From Firmicutes bacterium ADurb.Bin182 (GTDB taxonomy: Bacteria > Bacillota > Clostridia > Christensenellales > CAG-138), in the NCBI GenBank assembly GCA_002070205.1, contig MWCU01000054.1, positions 11,968 to 75,967 on the forward strand: DNA of 64,000 bases, in the 5' to 3' direction. This document shows positions 17,516 to 25,801 of the stretch, piece after piece; the stretch's first letter is position 1; each line of letters begins with the position of its first letter. The notes beneath the pieces are model-generated. The model was not told where the DNA came from. It ran no database searches and saw only the letters and a list, made by a program, of their open reading frames with translations. Position numbers and translations under genes: made by a program.

Positions 17516-17998
17516 CTATTCATTAAGCAGATACGTTATCAGTACGCATCCGTTGTTAGTTTTTACTATTACCGCAACAAAAGCTTGGCTGCCGCGCCTC
17601 CAGGAAAATCCGCTGAAGCTATCCCCGCTCACATCATCTCCCTCTGTCCATTCATAGTCGCTCAATTCATTATCATAAAATTCTTTTACAGATGATTCCG
17701 AGCCGGGGAAAATGCTGTATATGTTCAACCCGGTTAATGAGTTTTCTTCAGTATAAACTTCCCATCCCTTGAACGGTCCGTCGGTAAGTTCACTGCCCTT
17801 AATTCCCCATACGGTTATCGGTAAACCATTCATTGCAGCGACTGCAGCAGATATTTCTCCGCCACTCTCATATATCGCAATGCTGTCCGCAGAAACGGGT
17901 TCCCGGACAGGTTCTTCAGGTTGTTTTGTCCGGGTTGCGCATGCTGGAAACATAAAAATCATTGCCAACGTTAAAAGAACTGCAAAAAGCTTCTTCAC
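17516..17998 (-). CDS. hypothetical lipoprotein
   Basis: Signal peptide with lipobox MFPAC. GGAGG RBS. No family recognised. Confidence 0.55.
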   Translation of the reverse strand: MKKLFAVLLTLAMIFMFPACATRTKQPEEPVREPVSADSIAIYESGGEISAAVAAMNGLPITVWGIKGSELTDGPFKGWEVYTEENSLTGLNIYSIFPGSESSVKEFYDNELSDYEWTEGDDVSGDSFSGFSWRRGSQAFVAVIVKTNNGCVLITYLLNE

Positions 17999-18414
17999 GG
18001 TATTTCCTCCTAAAGATTTGTTTTATGTTATGCCAAAGGTCTTTCTTCCTTTGGAATAACAAATTTTCATCTGGATACCAATAAGAACGATCCGCACAAT
18101 TAAGCCCGGGCTGCTCTCGAAAACATGACGTACCACAACTTTCTCTTAGTTTTTGTACTCCGGATGATTATGCTGCTTTTATTATGAGCGATAAGAAATA
18201 GTATTTGGTGAGCCGCCGGCACATTTTTTAAAGATATATTGCGTGTTCAAGCCGATGTAACGGTGATGCCGGACCGCAGTTTACCGACAGTATCCGTATC
18301 AATTTTTCGCAGGATCGTGCAGCGGCGGCAGATGCTGTTCGGCGCGTTACGCTCTTGATCGATAGGTATCGCACATAAGAGAGCAGTTTTTGCCGTAAGG
18401 TACAATAAGTAACG

Positions 18415-18458
18415 CGCGCCGCCGTGATGCAGCTTATCGGCAATCCGGCAGCGCGCAA
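18415..18458 (-). repeat. 44-bp copy of the 23312-23355 terminator hairpin, overlapping the adhesin stop codon
   Basis: CGCGCCGCCGTGATGCAGCTTATCGGCAA..CGGCAGCGCGCAA, 42/44 identical to the upstream copy. Confidence 0.9.
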
Positions 18459-21400
18459 GTTTTAATATTAATGATGTTATCGGGTTTTTTTCGCTTCTTA
18501 ACTATCACGAACACCGTTAAGGCAAAGCCGGTAAATATCGCGGCCCATCCCGCCGCGCTTTCACCGCTTCCTGTTTTAGGGGGAGGCAGAGTCGCCGGAC
18601 CCCATGCAGCAAACAGAATAATGTCGCTGTTACCCATTATGAGCGGGCTTTCAACTCGAGTGCCGTCACGAAGCTCCCAGCCCAAGAATATAAATCCCGG
18701 TTTTGATAGCCCCGCGCCCGAGGCGAGGGTTATGCTGTCGCCCGTGTAATAGCGGTTCATATCCACGGGAACGGCGCCTGTTCCGCCGTTCGTATGGTAG
18801 GATACGGTATAGCGGTTTACTGTAGGTTCCGATTGCTCAGATTTTTTAAAAACCGCTTTAAAACTCATATTGCTGTCCACCATAACGGTTATTGGGTTAA
18901 CCTCCGAATAAAATACCCAACTGCTATCTTCGCTTAGTGCCGCATAAGCCGCGCCGTTCAATAATGCATCCGGATCGTTTTCGTTGACGGGGACATCACT
19001 GCTGCCGGTATTCCCGGGGACTAACCAATGAAGGAACGTGTAGCCGCGCCCGGGTACAGCCGTGAGAGTTACGGATGTTTCTTCCTGATAAGTGCCGCCC
19101 TGAGGATCGAACGTAATTTTGCCGCCGCCCTCGGAATCATCTTCTAAAACCGCATCCGCAGTCACGGTAAATGTACCAAGTTCGGTAAAGATTGCGGTAT
19201 AGGTCAGATCTCCTTCGATCTTTTCCGGGAATTCGGCTGACCATCCGCTGAACTTGTAGTCTTCATCCGCTATGGGAGTCGGCGTTGTTACACTTTCATC
19301 CCATGCCGAACCGGTAAGAATACCGGAAAATTGTACTTGTGTTTCGCCGCCGGTAAAAGACCCGTGTTCGCCCGCTATAAATGTGACGGTGTGCCAATCG
19401 CTTTCTTTAATTTTAAAATATGCGGTGTAGACAGCCGTTTCATATTTACCGTCTTTCTGTCCGGGTATTATCGGATTTTCGGTTATATGCATGCTGTCAT
19501 CATCGCGTGTCCAATAGTCAAATTCATAGCCCGGCATAGCTTCTGCTTCTGAACCTTGCGCTTTGCCCGTTTCGGGGTTAAGTTCTTCGCTGTTCCGGCT
19601 GACCGAACCCATTTCATTGTCGGCGGATATATAGCTGATGGTTACTTTATCAAGCTCAGTAAAATACGCGGTATAGGCAAGATTTTCGCTCCAGCCTTCG
19701 TCTGGTCTGTTTACTGTTAATGTTTCCTCTGAGGTTACAGTGTCGGTCCCTTTTCTCCACTCCACAAAACGGTAACCCGGTTTCGGTATCGCTTTCGAGC
19801 TGACAGACGATACGCCTGAGTGCAAAACAGCGCTTGTTAAGTCCACCGTGCCCATGCTGTCATTGTCGGCTCTGAACGTGACAGTATATGTTTTTTCAAA
19901 GTTTGCGGCATATGTGACGGGTACCCAGACCGCTCCCGGTTTTGTCGGCACAAAGTTCGCATCCGTGCTGACTTCAACGCCATCACAAGTCCAGTTAACA
20001 AAGCGGTAGCCGTCGCTTGCCGTCGCGGTTGAGCCTTGCGCTATGCCTGTTGCAGGGGCAAGGCTCTCGCTGCTTCGGTCGATCGAACCGCCGACGCCCG
20101 CCGTGTATGTTATGGTAACATTGGCGTTTTCTATGAAATTTGCGATATAGGTGACTGGCATCCAGACCGCTCCCGGTTTTGTCGGCACAAACTTCGCATC
20201 CGTGCTGACTTCAACGCCATCACAAGTCCAGTTAACAAAGCTGTAGCCGACGTCTGCCGTTGCCTTTGAGCCTTGAGCTATGCCTGTAGCCGGGGCAAGG
20301 CTTTCGCTGCTCGGGTCGACCGAACCGCCGGCGCCCGCCGTATATGTTATGGTCACATCAGGTTTTTCTCTAAAGGTTGCGGTATATGTTTCAGTTTCGG
20401 TGATTGTTTCCGGCAAGACGGGGTCCCATTTATCGAACTCATATCCGGCATTTGCGACAGGTTCCGGCTCTGTGTCTATGGCGTCTTCCCATGCCGTTCC
20501 TGTGAGAATATCGGTAAATTCAGTTTTTGTTCCGGCGGCAAAATATCCGTGATCGCCTGCTTCAAACGTAACGGTATGCCATTGACCGGGATCCTTTATA
20601 AAGCTTACTTTATAAGTTATGCTCGCAGTTATCATGCTTTCGCTATTGCTGTCCGGCAATTCGGGACTCCAATTCGCCGCATAACCATTGTCCGGAACCG
20701 GCGTAGGTACTGTTATTCCGGCATCTTTCCATTTCGTACCGTTTAAAATCTCATACTGCGTTTTACCGTTAAGATGTCCGTTGCCGCCGTCTGTTTCGAA
20801 CAAGACTTTATGCCACATAGCGGGATCCTTTTCAAAATATGCGGTATAAGCCGCATCGCTCCAGCCGCCGGCGGGTTTAGAAACCGTCAGCACGGCGTTT
20901 GAGGAAACAAAATCATTGGAGTCTCGCCATTCAACAAAACGGTAACCCGTATTCGGGGTCGCAGCGGAACTGACCGAAACCGTATTCAGGTCCACGCTTG
21001 CACTTGCGGGGCTGACCGTACCCATGGCTGAATCGCCGGAATTAAAAGTAATCGTATGTGGGACTGGCTCGAAGTATGCGGTATAAGCCGCATTACTCCA
21101 GCCGCCGGCGGGCTTAGGAACCGTCAGCACGGCGTTTGAGGAAACAAAACCATTGGAGTCTCGCCATTCAACAAAACGGTAACCCGTATTCGGGGTCGCA
21201 GTGGAACTGACCGAAACCGTATTCAAGTCCACACTTGCACTTGCGGGGCTGACTGTACCCATGGATGAATCGCCGGAATTAAAAGCAATCGTATATGGTA
21301 CAGGCTCGAAGTATGCGGTATAAGTTACATCACTCCAGCCGCCTGCGGGTTGAAAAACCGTCAAAACGGCATTATTGGAAACGGGATTCTCGCCGTTTCT

Positions 21401-23029
21401 CCACTCAATAAATCGATAGCCCGCATTAGGAATCGCAGTGGAGCTTACAGATGATACGCCTGAATGCAGAACAGAGCTTGTTAAGTCCACCGTGCCCATG
21501 CTGTTATTGCCGGATTCAAACGTAGCGGTATAAGTTTTTTCAAAGTTTGCCCTAAATGTTAAGGGTATCCAGGGACCTCCTTCCGGTTTTGGCGGCACAA
21601 ATTTCGCATCTTGACCAACTTCAACGCCGTTATGGGTCCAATTAACAAAGCGGTAGCCGTCGTTCGCTGTCGCGGTTGAACCTTGCGCTATGCCCGTAAC
21701 CGGGGCAAGGCTTTCGCTGCTTCGATCGACCGAGCCGCCGACACCTGCTTCGTATGTGATGGTTACATCGGCATTTTCTCTGAAGTTTGCGGTATAGGTG
21801 ACAGGTACCCAGACCACTCCCGGCTTTGTCGGCACGAACTTTGCATCCGTGCTGACTTCAACGCCATCACAAGTCCAGTTAACAAAGCTGTAACCGATGT
21901 TCGCCGTTGCGGTTGAGCCTTGCGCCACGCCTATCTTAGGGTTAAGCCACTCGCTGCTTGGGTTTATCGAACCGCCTGCTGTTGCTTCGTAATTGATCGG
22001 TATATGCTTAAGTTCTTTGAATAGCGCTGTATAAGTTTTTGTTTCTGTTATCGTATCCGGCAATTCGGGATCCCATTTATCGAACTCGTAGCCGTCTGAC
22101 GGGTGTATGGACGGCATTGGTTTTATTGCCGTATTCCATGGTGTTCCGGTTATTATATTGGAAAAGATTTTTGTACCGAGTAATGACCCATGTTCGCCCG
22201 CCTGAAGCGTAACGGTAAAGCGTTCCTCGGGATTCTCTTTCCATCTTGCGGTATAGGTCTTATCTTGATTTATTATGCCTGTATCGCCGGGCAGCGCAGG
22301 ATCCCACCTGTCAAATAAATATCCGGGTTTGCGGTTCGTTTCTGGTACCGTTATGCCGGCGTTTCTCCACTCTGTGCCGCTGGTGACTCTGAACTCCGCT
22401 GTCCCCGAAAGCGTGCCCTTATTCGGATCTTCGGTCACGAAATTTATCGTGTACTTGGGGGAATAGTAAACTCTTAACTGTAAGTGGTCGAGCCATATAT
22501 CCTTACTTCCTCCCGTGCATTTCAGCCAGACGCGTAATGGATCATTTACCAGCCCGGGCGTCCACATGTCATAGCCCCACTTTTCGGTGGGACCGCCCAG
22601 TATTATTGTCGACCATGAAGTACTGCTGACAGCCCCTGTGTCTTTAAAATAAGTAAAATTGCCTACCGGCGCATGATTACTATCACGCAGAGATACTTCC
22701 AGCGAGCGGTATTCATTTTCATTTCCATTTTCGTTGCATCGAACCCTCAAGTGCACTTCAATCCCATCTATCCTGCAGTCTTCGGGCACAATGGGTGCGC
22801 TATGTTCTGTGAAAGTATATTCTACTATTGAATCTTCAATGTAAAACCTGGCATATTGTCCGTCAGATGAATAGGCATTTTCCGGGTCACTTACCAACTC
22901 AGGGTTGCTAAAGCGTATATAGGACTGTGCGCTTAACAGCCCGGTATCATCCGCCAGCGCAAGCGGCCTTGCCATGACGAATATGAAAGAAAAAATCAAG
23001 ACCAACGCGAGAATTCTTCTGCACGACAT
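18434..23029 (-). CDS. giant sortase-anchored adhesin with about 16 Listeria-Bacteroides-type (GYxFxxW) repeat domains
   Basis: Start ATG 23029 behind GGGGAGG. Signal peptide ...RPLALA. Repeated ~75-80 aa modules ending ..YTA.F. C-terminus has PPKTG, a hydrophobic helix and KKRKK. Confidence 0.85.
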   Translation of the reverse strand: MSCRRILALVLIFSFIFVMARPLALADDTGLLSAQSYIRFSNPELVSDPENAYSSDGQYARFYIEDSIVEYTFTEHSAPIVPEDCRIDGIEVHLRVRCNENGNENEYRSLEVSLRDSNHAPVGNFTYFKDTGAVSSTSWSTIILGGPTEKWGYDMWTPGLVNDPLRVWLKCTGGSKDIWLDHLQLRVYYSPKYTINFVTEDPNKGTLSGTAEFRVTSGTEWRNAGITVPETNRKPGYLFDRWDPALPGDTGIINQDKTYTARWKENPEERFTVTLQAGEHGSLLGTKIFSNIITGTPWNTAIKPMPSIHPSDGYEFDKWDPELPDTITETKTYTALFKELKHIPINYEATAGGSINPSSEWLNPKIGVAQGSTATANIGYSFVNWTCDGVEVSTDAKFVPTKPGVVWVPVTYTANFRENADVTITYEAGVGGSVDRSSESLAPVTGIAQGSTATANDGYRFVNWTHNGVEVGQDAKFVPPKPEGGPWIPLTFRANFEKTYTATFESGNNSMGTVDLTSSVLHSGVSSVSSTAIPNAGYRFIEWRNGENPVSNNAVLTVFQPAGGWSDVTYTAYFEPVPYTIAFNSGDSSMGTVSPASASVDLNTVSVSSTATPNTGYRFVEWRDSNGFVSSNAVLTVPKPAGGWSNAAYTAYFEPVPHTITFNSGDSAMGTVSPASASVDLNTVSVSSAATPNTGYRFVEWRDSNDFVSSNAVLTVSKPAGGWSDAAYTAYFEKDPAMWHKVLFETDGGNGHLNGKTQYEILNGTKWKDAGITVPTPVPDNGYAANWSPELPDSNSESMITASITYKVSFIKDPGQWHTVTFEAGDHGYFAAGTKTEFTDILTGTAWEDAIDTEPEPVANAGYEFDKWDPVLPETITETETYTATFREKPDVTITYTAGAGGSVDPSSESLAPATGIAQGSKATADVGYSFVNWTCDGVEVSTDAKFVPTKPGAVWMPVTYIANFIENANVTITYTAGVGGSIDRSSESLAPATGIAQGSTATASDGYRFVNWTCDGVEVSTDANFVPTKPGAVWVPVTYAANFEKTYTVTFRADNDSMGTVDLTSAVLHSGVSSVSSKAIPKPGYRFVEWRKGTDTVTSEETLTVNRPDEGWSENLAYTAYFTELDKVTISYISADNEMGSVSRNSEELNPETGKAQGSEAEAMPGYEFDYWTRDDDSMHITENPIIPGQKDGKYETAVYTAYFKIKESDWHTVTFIAGEHGSFTGGETQVQFSGILTGSAWDESVTTPTPIADEDYKFSGWSAEFPEKIEGDLTYTAIFTELGTFTVTADAVLEDDSEGGGKITFDPQGGTYQEETSVTLTAVPGRGYTFLHWLVPGNTGSSDVPVNENDPDALLNGAAYAALSEDSSWVFYSEVNPITVMVDSNMSFKAVFKKSEQSEPTVNRYTVSYHTNGGTGAVPVDMNRYYTGDSITLASGAGLSKPGFIFLGWELRDGTRVESPLIMGNSDIILFAAWGPATLPPPKTGSGESAAGWAAIFTGFALTVFVIVKKRKKPDNIINIKTCALPDCR
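20833..21545 (-). repeat. three tandem ~237-bp intragenic repeats (two nearly identical)
   Basis: 20833-21069 and 21070-21306 differ at only a few positions. 21307-21545 is more diverged. Confidence 0.85.
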
Positions 23030-23304
23030 ATTTTCTTGCCTCCCCGGAATATTGAATTGCAACTGTTTTCCCTTTTATTATGTATCCCAAAAGTCCGTGC
23101 CGCTGAAGGCACGTTCCTAAAAAACCTGCTCAGATGCTGTTTACCCGTCAGGGTAAGCAACAGTTCCCTATTAAAGAGTAGCATAAAAAAAAGGCTGCGG
23201 CATCGTACCTAAGTACGATATTGCGACAAAATTCTTATATAAGGGAAGACTGATTAAGGCTTTCCTAAATAACCGGTCGACTTGATGCCGCCGGAGTCGG
23301 CAGA

Positions 23305-23355
23305 AGAAAAACGCGCCGCCGTGATGCAGCTTATCGGCAACTCGGCAGCGCGCAA
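23305..23355 (-). terminator. Rho-independent terminator of the CofE-like gene
   Basis: Minus strand: CGCGCTGCCG - 21-nt loop - CGGCGGCGCG, followed by TTTTT. Confidence 0.7.
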
Positions 23356-23437
23356 ATTCTTATATTCGTAATCTCATTTTCTTTATCCGCACCGGGCGCG
23401 AAACATACTTCGGCCCGGCGTGCTTTCAGTGTGCGTC

Positions 23438-24619
23438 TCAGTCCGCGTAATTGTTGAAATAGTTCTGTATGAGCACTATGGGAGTGCCTTTGTCCCCGCT
23501 TCCGGTGGTCAGGTCGCACAGCGAACCGATAAGATCGGTCAGGCGCCTCGGCGTCGTGCCCTGCGAAAGCATGTTTCCCATCAGATCGCGGTCTTTGCTG
23601 CGGATCCTGTCGCGGATCGCCTGACTCAGTTCCTCGCCCGAAAGATTGGCAAAATCATTGTCCGCGATGTATTTGAGCTTCAGCTCGTTGGGAAGGCCTG
23701 TGAGACCGTCCGTATACCCGGGCGATACAACGGGATCCGCAAGCTCCCAGATCTTGCCCACGGGATCCTTGAACGCGCCGTCGCCGTATACCATGACCTC
23801 TATGTTCTTTTCCGTCCTTTTGAGCAATTCCGCCTGCACGGCTTTGACGAACCGGACGCAGTCCCTCGGGAAAAGCTTCACCGTATGCTCCGACGCTTTG
23901 TTGGAACCCAAAAGGCCGTAATTCTCGTTGAAACCGCTGCCGTTTACGGATGAGGTGAGTATATCGTCAAGCCCGAGCACATTGCGTACGCCGGCTTTTT
24001 TTATAAGCCGCTTTGTGCGCGCGCGGGTGTGGATATCGCAGCACAGCACGTCTTTTGTAAACTTTAAGATAGCTTCGGGCCGGTTCGCGAATATGACCTC
24101 CGCCTCCGCTCCCGATTCCGCGATAAGCGACCGATAGTATTCGACATAATCCATATTGGTGAAAGGATGTATGGGATAGCCGAAATGCTTTCTGAATTCC
24201 TCAAGGCTCAGTACGTCGGACCAGGGGTTGACTCCGCTTGAATCCAATGCGTCCTCGTCTATCAGGTGATTGCCGACTTCGTCCGAAGGGTAGCTCAATT
24301 GCAGCACGATTTTTTTGCAGCCGAGCGCGATTCCTCTCAGAACTATCGCAAAGCGGTTTCGGCTCAGTATGGGGAACAAAACCCCGACGGTCCCGCCGCC
24401 GAACTTAGCTTTTATATCGTCCCTGATGTTTTCAACGCTTGCATAGTTGCCCTGCGATTTTGCGACCACCGCTTCGGTAACCGCTACCACGTCCCTGTCG
24501 TTGAAGCCGTAACCGTTTTGTTCCGCGTCCTTGAGCACGCTGTTAACTGTGATTTCAACAAGATCGTCGCCGCTTCGTATAATGGGCGCTTTGATTCCCC
24601 GGGAAATAGTTCCTGCCAT
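23438..24619 (-). CDS. CofE-like (F420-0:gamma-glutamyl ligase family) protein
   Basis: 393 aa. N-terminus GIKAPIIRSGDDLVEI...VVAVTEAVVAKSQG resembles the CofE/FbiB ligase fold. Assigned by recall only. Confidence 0.5.
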   Translation of the reverse strand: MAGTISRGIKAPIIRSGDDLVEITVNSVLKDAEQNGYGFNDRDVVAVTEAVVAKSQGNYASVENIRDDIKAKFGGGTVGVLFPILSRNRFAIVLRGIALGCKKIVLQLSYPSDEVGNHLIDEDALDSSGVNPWSDVLSLEEFRKHFGYPIHPFTNMDYVEYYRSLIAESGAEAEVIFANRPEAILKFTKDVLCCDIHTRARTKRLIKKAGVRNVLGLDDILTSSVNGSGFNENYGLLGSNKASEHTVKLFPRDCVRFVKAVQAELLKRTEKNIEVMVYGDGAFKDPVGKIWELADPVVSPGYTDGLTGLPNELKLKYIADNDFANLSGEELSQAIRDRIRSKDRDLMGNMLSQGTTPRRLTDLIGSLCDLTTGSGDKGTPIVLIQNYFNNYAD

Positions 24620-24648
24620 AAAAATTGACCTCCTGCTTTTATGCTCTC

Positions 24649-24678
24649 ATTATAACCGCAGGGATGGTATTCATGCAA
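24649..24678 (-). promoter_or_regulatory. sigma70-like promoter of the CofE-like gene
   Basis: Minus strand: TTGCAT, 17-18 nt spacer, (T)TATAAT, about 30 nt upstream of the AGGAGG RBS. Confidence 0.45.
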
Positions 24679-24718
24679 ATTATGAGTTTTAATATAGGTA
24701 TAAGTATATATTATTTCA

Positions 24719-24853
24719 AGAGCTTCGCTCGCAGAGCGGCAGCTTAGCTGCCGTAGAGAACGCTTACGCGCGTCGAGAGGAAGCTTACGCTTCCGCAGAG
24801 TCGTAGAGAGCAAGCTGCGCTTGCGTATAGAATAAGCGCAAAGCATTTTATTC
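24719..24853 (+). repeat. tandem array of 21-25 bp AGAG-prefixed mini-hairpins
   Basis: Six to seven units. The arms differ but remain complementary: CGGCAGC/GCTGCCG, GGAAGC/GCTTCC, GCAAGC/GCTTGC, GAGC/GCTC. Confidence 0.8.
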
Positions 24854-24858
24854 AGACT

Positions 24859-25071
24859 GTCAAAAAACCCCTCCTAGGGATTATCAAGGGATCGGAACCC
24901 CTTGATTTACATTCCGGCTTCGGTGGCATGTACGTTGAAACGGATGAAATTCGTAAGAATTTCGTACATTGCACGCTTTGACGCTCGAAAATCTCTGATT
25001 TTAGTTCGTCAAAAATCTTGTTTTTGACTACGTGTAAATCTCGAAAAAGTCTGTACAGCCTTTTTCGACAC
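24859..25071 (+). repeat. structured dispersed element, copy A
   Basis: Shares ordered conserved boxes with 52337-52527 and with the reverse complement of 43589-43882. Confidence 0.85.
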
Positions 25072-25182
25072 GCTGCATAAACGCAAAGCGTTTATTCTCT
25101 ACTATTGCTCAACAATTGCTTTACGGCTGTGATTGCGCCATAGCGTAACTCGCAGTCTTTGCGGCTTTGCAGCTCCGGCGTA

Positions 25183-25668
25183 TTAAAAAAGCTTTCTTCC
25201 GAATTTCTCGATAAGAAGCAACAGCGGCATTCCGAGCCCGTAACAGGCAAGCGTTTGGCCGATTGCCACATACAGTATACAAAGGGACAGGGAGATCCCG
25301 AGCTCCTTCATTTCGTATACGTAATAGAGTATAAAACCGACAACCACCGCATTTATCAATACTGCGGGAAGTGGCGCCAGCCAGCGGCTGAAACCGCGTT
25401 TGCTCAAAAATCTTGTGATATAGGCCGCCAAAAGAGTCGCAAGGCTTCCGAACACGATGTCATATACGGCTGCGCCGGCGATTATATTTGCCGCAACGCA
25501 TCCGACGAACAACCCGGGGACGGCGGCGGGAATAAACCACGGAAGCACGCTCAAAGCCTCCGATACGCGCATTTGGATAAGGCCCGAGCTTAAAGGCAGA
25601 ACGGCAAAAGTCAAAAGCGCGTATATTGCGGCTATCAAAGCTCCCTGTGCAAGCTTTTTCGCATTCAT
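25183..25668 (-). CDS. queT: queuosine-precursor transporter QueT (ECF S-component-like)
   Basis: 161 aa, 5-6 TM helices. LIAAIYALLTFAVLPLSSGLIQMRVSEALSVLPWF is typical of QueT. Start taken at MNAKK. Confidence 0.7.
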   Translation of the reverse strand: MNAKKLAQGALIAAIYALLTFAVLPLSSGLIQMRVSEALSVLPWFIPAAVPGLFVGCVAANIIAGAAVYDIVFGSLATLLAAYITRFLSKRGFSRWLAPLPAVLINAVVVGFILYYVYEMKELGISLSLCILYVAIGQTLACYGLGMPLLLLIEKFGRKLF

Positions 25669-25801
25669 AAGCGTTATATTAGCATATTCCCCCGGATGCT
25701 TCAATCGAGTTCTTCCGGATTCGGCAAATTTCGCTGTACAGGCACACTGCCGCATTTTATAATAGAACAGACGGTCTTATCATTTCTTTGGGGGGAGTTC
25801 T

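Noticed and set aside
23331-23519. 62-aa minus-strand ORF ending ..ICALPSCR, similar to the adhesin C-terminus.
   Set aside because: The similarity arises only because both frames read through copies of the same terminator hairpin. The ORF overlaps the 3' end of the CofE-like gene.
24719-24853. Possible CRISPR array.
   Set aside because: The units are only 21-25 bp with no conserved repeat and unique spacer alternation. Each unit is itself a different palindrome, and there are no cas genes in the window.
25669-25800. preQ1 riboswitch upstream of queT.
   Set aside because: QueT genes often carry one. The leader (minus strand ...CCGGAAGAACTCGATTGAAGCATCCGGGGGAATATGCTAATATAACGCTTATG) lacks the short P1 stem plus A-rich ..AAAAAACTA tail of preQ1-I. 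It also shows no resemblance to the preQ1-II sequence as I remember it. Only a cmscan could settle this.
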